NCBI GenBank assembly: GCA_964647565.1
Contig: CAZYIM010000058.1
Location: forward strand, 1-10,236
DNA from: an uncultured Methanosarcinales archaeon
GTDB lineage: Archaea > Nanobdellota > Nanobdellia > Woesearchaeales > CAZYIM01
DNA: 10,236 nucleotides
Direction: 5' to 3'
Every line of letters begins with the position of its first letter. Position 1 is the stretch's first letter. Under the pieces are notes generated by a model. That model did no database searches. It was not told the origin of the DNA and saw only the letters and a list, made by a program, of their open reading frames with translations. The position numbers and the translations under genes were made by a program. Of the stretch, positions 7,255 through 10,236 are shown one piece after another.

Positions 7255-7308
7255 ACCCCCACACCAATTGGTTGACTTTCTTTAGTTACCTACAATTGGT
7301 GTGGGGGT
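7255..7308. repeat. Intergenic hairpin 2: perfect 16-bp inverted repeat with a 22-nt spacer
   Basis: ACCCCCACACCAATTG (7255-7270) and CAATTGGTGTGGGGGT (7293-7308). Confidence 0.9.
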
Positions 7309-7315
7309 TCAATTC

Positions 7316-7365
7316 GCGCATACGACTTATGTTCATTCGCTGTGCTCATTCCATAAGTCGTGCGC
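7316..7365. repeat. Intergenic hairpin 3
   Basis: GCGC-(AT bulge)-ACGACTTATG (7316-7331) pairs with CATAAGTCGT-GCGC (7352-7365) around a 20-nt loop. Confidence 0.8.
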
Positions 7366-7372
7366 TCATTGA

Positions 7373-8347
7373 ATGCAGAAGATAATAGCCGTCGAAGATT
7401 CAGCTTATTTAAACTATATAGTAGGCGTTGCGGATTCTAACTTAAAGTTTCTGGAGGAAGAGCTAAAAGTCAGGATAGCTATCAGCCCCCGGGGAATTCT
7501 GATTAAGGGGGCCAAAGATCCGATTGAGAAAGCCAGCCGTATTATCGGCAAAATGCTCGGTCTGGCCAAGGAAGGCGTTATCCTGGCCGAAGAGGAATTA
7601 AAGCAATATCTAAATTCACATATTTTGGACAAGAAAGAAGTTGAATCCGGCAGTGAGAAAAAAGGATATCCTTTAGGCATAAAAGTTCCTTCCGCGCGCA
7701 AAAAACAAGTTTTCCCCAAGACCTCCGGCCAGAGTGCGTATATAGAGGCCATGCAGAATTACGATATTGTTTTTTCGACCGGCCCGGCCGGCACCGGAAA
7801 GACCTATCTGGCTATGGCCGTGGCCGTGAATTTTTTGATGGAAAAAAAAGTGCGCCGGATTATATTGGCCCGGCCGGCAATTGAAGCCGGAGAATCTTTG
7901 GGGTTTTTGCCGGGAGATATGCATGAGAAGTTAGGGCCGTATCTGCGTCCGCTCTATGATGCTCTTTATGATATGATGGAGCTCGAGTCCATCGAAAGTT
8001 ACCTGGAGACGGGCGTTATTGAAATTGTGCCTTTAGCCTATATGCGCGGAAGAACCCTCAATAATGCTTTTGTTATTCTGGATGAAGCCCAAAATTGCAC
8101 TTCCGAACAGTTAAGGATGTTCCTGACCCGCTTAGGGTTTGATTCGAAAACAGTGATCACCGGAGATTTGACCCAGAGCGATCTTCCCAACGGAAAGCCT
8201 TTAGGGTTAGTCGAAGCAACGCAGCTCTTGAAGGCCATAAAGGGTATAAAATTCATTCACCTGGGCAAGGCGGATGTAGTCAGGCATCCCTTGATTCAAG
8301 AAATTATTCAGGCTTATGAAAGTCACTATAGCCGGAAAGAAAATTGA
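7373..8347 (+). CDS. phoH: PhoH-family ATPase (PhoH/YbeZ-like)
   Basis: 324 aa. Walker A GPAGTGKT, RPAIEAGESLGFLPG, PYLRPLYDAL, AYMRGRTL, ILDEAQN, GDLTQSDL, DVVRHPL. Confidence 0.96.
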   Translation: MQKIIAVEDSAYLNYIVGVADSNLKFLEEELKVRIAISPRGILIKGAKDPIEKASRIIGKMLGLAKEGVILAEEELKQYLNSHILDKKEVESGSEKKGYPLGIKVPSARKKQVFPKTSGQSAYIEAMQNYDIVFSTGPAGTGKTYLAMAVAVNFLMEKKVRRIILARPAIEAGESLGFLPGDMHEKLGPYLRPLYDALYDMMELESIESYLETGVIEIVPLAYMRGRTLNNAFVILDEAQNCTSEQLRMFLTRLGFDSKTVITGDLTQSDLPNGKPLGLVEATQLLKAIKGIKFIHLGKADVVRHPLIQEIIQAYESHYSRKEN

Positions 8348-9707
8348 ACTCAACGATCTAATCGTAGGGTTAGTGTTTTTTAGCGTCATCGGGTTCGTAT
8401 TTTTCATTTACTCCATTGATTTTTCCCCCCTGGTAGTAGCCCTCATTCTTTTTATTTATGCCCGGTTTTTAAGAAGAATCGAGAATCTGCCTTCCTGCCT
8501 GGACCTTTCCCTCTTAGGCGCAATAGCGGTGCTCATACCCCTTTTGACCCTGTCCACTCTTAAGATCCCCGGCTACGGCATTATCGCTATCGGCTTCGCC
8601 ATGCTTATTACCCTTTTGTTCGATAACCTGGAGCTTTCTTTTATTTTTGCTCTTTTCATATCGCTTTTAAGCGCGATCATTGACGATAATAACCTTAACG
8701 TGGGGATCAGCTTGCTTTCCGGCTCTCTGGTAGCGGCAATGCTTACCTTTAGGGTCAGGCGCCGATTTCAGGTAATCCGAGCGGGTTTACTGGCGGGAAT
8801 TGTTCAGTTTATCGTGGCTTTTATCGTGGAAAGGGAGCAGAGCTTTTTTGTTCTTTCCGGTCCGGATTTAAGCCTTTTAAAGCTCTGTTTGCTTAGCGGT
8901 ATTATATCTTCTATTCTTATAATCGGGACCTCGTCGCTTTTTGAGTATCTGTTTAAGGTAGTTACTAATATATCCCTTATTGAATTGTCCGACTTTAACC
9001 AGCCCCTGCTGCGGAAATTGATTTTAGAGGCTCCGGGAACGTATCAACATTCTTTAGTGGTGGCCAATTTAAGCGAAGCCGCGGCCGAGGCCATCGGAGC
9101 GAACCCGCTGCTGGCCCGGGTGGGCGCGTATTACCATGACGTCGGGAAGATAATCAAGCCGGATTACTTCGTGGAAAACCTGGTGAATTACAAAGATGTG
9201 CATAAAAATTTGAAGCCGTCGATGAGTAAGCTCATTATTTTTAACCACGTAAAAGACGGGATCGAGCTGGCCCGAAAACACCGTTTGAACCCGAAGATTA
9301 TTGATTTCATATCCCAGCACCACGGTAAAACCCTGGTTTATTATTTTTATCAGCGGGCCAAGGAACTGGAGCCGGAAGGAAAACACGAAGAAGAGTATCG
9401 TTACCCCGGGCCTAAGCCGCAGAGTAAAGGGACGGCCATCGTTTCTTTAGCCGACTCTATCGAGGCTTTATCCCGGACCCTGGAGGTACCTACTCCTTCC
9501 CGAATTGAAGAGATGGTCAGAGAGGTAGTTAAAAAAAGATTTATGGCCGGAGAGCTGGATGAGTGTAATCTTACCTTAAAGGATTTAGAAAAGATAACCC
9601 AGAGTTTCGTGCGCATGCTAAACGCCATTTTCCATACCCGCGTAAATTACCCTAAGGATGAAAGTAAGAATAATAAATCGGCAAAAAATAAAGAGAATAA
9701 ATCTTAA
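8316..9707 (+). CDS. Membrane HD-domain (HDIG) phosphohydrolase, PgpH/YqfF-like; putative cyclic di-AMP phosphodiesterase
   Basis: 463 aa. About 8 hydrophobic segments, then APGTYQHS, YYHDVGK, QHHG, YRYPGPKP, LADSIEA. Lies between phoH and ybeY as Bacillus yqfF does. The start overlaps phoH by 32 bp and is not certain. Confidence 0.88.
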   Translation: MKVTIAGKKIELNDLIVGLVFFSVIGFVFFIYSIDFSPLVVALILFIYARFLRRIENLPSCLDLSLLGAIAVLIPLLTLSTLKIPGYGIIAIGFAMLITLLFDNLELSFIFALFISLLSAIIDDNNLNVGISLLSGSLVAAMLTFRVRRRFQVIRAGLLAGIVQFIVAFIVEREQSFFVLSGPDLSLLKLCLLSGIISSILIIGTSSLFEYLFKVVTNISLIELSDFNQPLLRKLILEAPGTYQHSLVVANLSEAAAEAIGANPLLARVGAYYHDVGKIIKPDYFVENLVNYKDVHKNLKPSMSKLIIFNHVKDGIELARKHRLNPKIIDFISQHHGKTLVYYFYQRAKELEPEGKHEEEYRYPGPKPQSKGTAIVSLADSIEALSRTLEVPTPSRIEEMVREVVKKRFMAGELDECNLTLKDLEKITQSFVRMLNAIFHTRVNYPKDESKNNKSAKNKENKS

Positions 9708-10128
9708 GTCTTTTAATCAATACTTAAAAAAAGCCCGCACGTACTTAAATATCTCTTCCCAAAGGCTGTCTATCCTTTTTTGCGATAACCGTTTTATAAA
9801 AAAGCTGAACCAAAAATATTTCGCAAAGGCCGAAGCGACCGATGTTATTGCTTTTCCTCTCTGCGATGAACTGGAGCCCGATTATTTAGGCGATATAATT
9901 GTTTCGGTAGAGGAAGCGGTAAAAACTGCTCGTAAGATTAAGGTACGCTGGCAGGACGAGTTGTTTCTTTATTGTCTCCATGGTATTTTACACCTCTTAG
10001 GCTACGATGACCGCAATCAGGCTCAGCGAAAACGCATGGAGCAAAAACAGCTTCAAATAATGGGGACGGTTCTCAACCGGAAACAATGGGGACGGTTCTT
10101 TCGCTCAGCAGACCCTGGGGGGCAATAG
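9658..10128 (+). CDS. ybeY: rRNA maturation factor / endoribonuclease YbeY
   Basis: 156 aa. LN..Y....ATDVIAF, LGDIIVS, HGILHLLGYDD, and synteny with phoH and the HD gene. Overlaps the upstream gene by 50 bp. Confidence 0.93.
   Translation: MKVRIINRQKIKRINLKSFNQYLKKARTYLNISSQRLSILFCDNRFIKKLNQKYFAKAEATDVIAFPLCDELEPDYLGDIIVSVEEAVKTARKIKVRWQDELFLYCLHGILHLLGYDDRNQAQRKRMEQKQLQIMGTVLNRKQWGRFFRSADPGGQ
10059..10099. repeat. 15-bp exact direct repeat, 2 copies, period 26
   Basis: AATGGGGACGGTTCT at 10059-10073 and 10085-10099. Confidence 0.85.
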
Positions 10129-10166
10129 GTTGCAAACTTAGCATTATTAAATTGGTAGCATTCTCA

Positions 10167-10196
10167 TTGCGGCGATTTCTGTCCTGCTTTTATAAT
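10167..10196 (+). promoter_or_regulatory. Candidate sigma70 promoter for a gene beyond the window
   Basis: TTGCGG (10167-10172), 18-nt spacer, TATAAT (10191-10196). Confidence 0.4.
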
Positions 10197-10236
10197 GGTC
10201 TGTTTGTAACTTGTTGGTGCTCAATGCCCGGGGAAA

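Noticed and set aside
7196..7372. tRNA, c-di-AMP (ydaO) riboswitch or intrinsic terminator
   Set aside because: There is no cloverleaf, no riboswitch consensus I recognise, and no stem followed by a U-tract on either strand.
3568..7877. 13-bp match TTGGCCCGGCCGG at 3568-3580 and 7865-7877
   Set aside because: It is explained by general CCGG/GGCC richness, and the second copy encodes conserved PhoH residues.
686..9628. Short alternative ORFs in the track (e.g. 686-952, 702-884, 1477-1833, 2392-2793, 3646-3951, 5100-5333, 6713-7084, 7414-7752, 9069-9386)
   Set aside because: All overlap well-supported genes on the opposite strand or in another frame and show no recognisable motifs; they are shadow ORFs.
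8316..9665. Both overlapping genes begin ATGAAAGT (MKV)
   Set aside because: ATG AAA is a very common gene start, and an 8-bp match is not significant.
10059..10099. CRISPR array
   Set aside because: Only two 15-bp repeats with an 11-bp spacer, and no cas genes.
10147..10236. Possible 3' end of a minus-strand ORF at the window edge
   Set aside because: Only about 29 codons are visible and no motif is recognisable, so it cannot be supported.

Overview
A housekeeping block of eight + strand bacterial genes: dnaE, an HU/IHF-family gene, hisS, aspS, a LysM lipoprotein, phoH, a membrane HD phosphohydrolase (PgpH/YqfF-like) and ybeY. There is no transposase, CRISPR array, rRNA, tRNA or defence gene, and I see no new protein system. 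The unusual signal is a set of tiny palindromic or repeat elements. (i) A perfect 20-bp palindrome is translated in frame inside aspS (PACRQAG), exactly where this 468-aa AspRS lacks the GAD insertion domain. (ii) A GTAG-type REP-like 20-bp palindrome supplies the hisS stop codon and is bracketed by an 8-bp direct repeat. (iii) Three different hairpins fill the LysM-phoH spacer back to back. (iv) A 15-bp direct repeat forms the ybeY C-terminal tail. Other observations are a near-consensus sigma70 promoter that predicts a leaderless HU/IHF mRNA, apparent strong CCGG over-representation, and variant YbeY and PgpH proteins. A PVC-like (possibly Omnitrophota) origin is only my impression from protein style. 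All calls come from motif recognition by eye; no searches were run.
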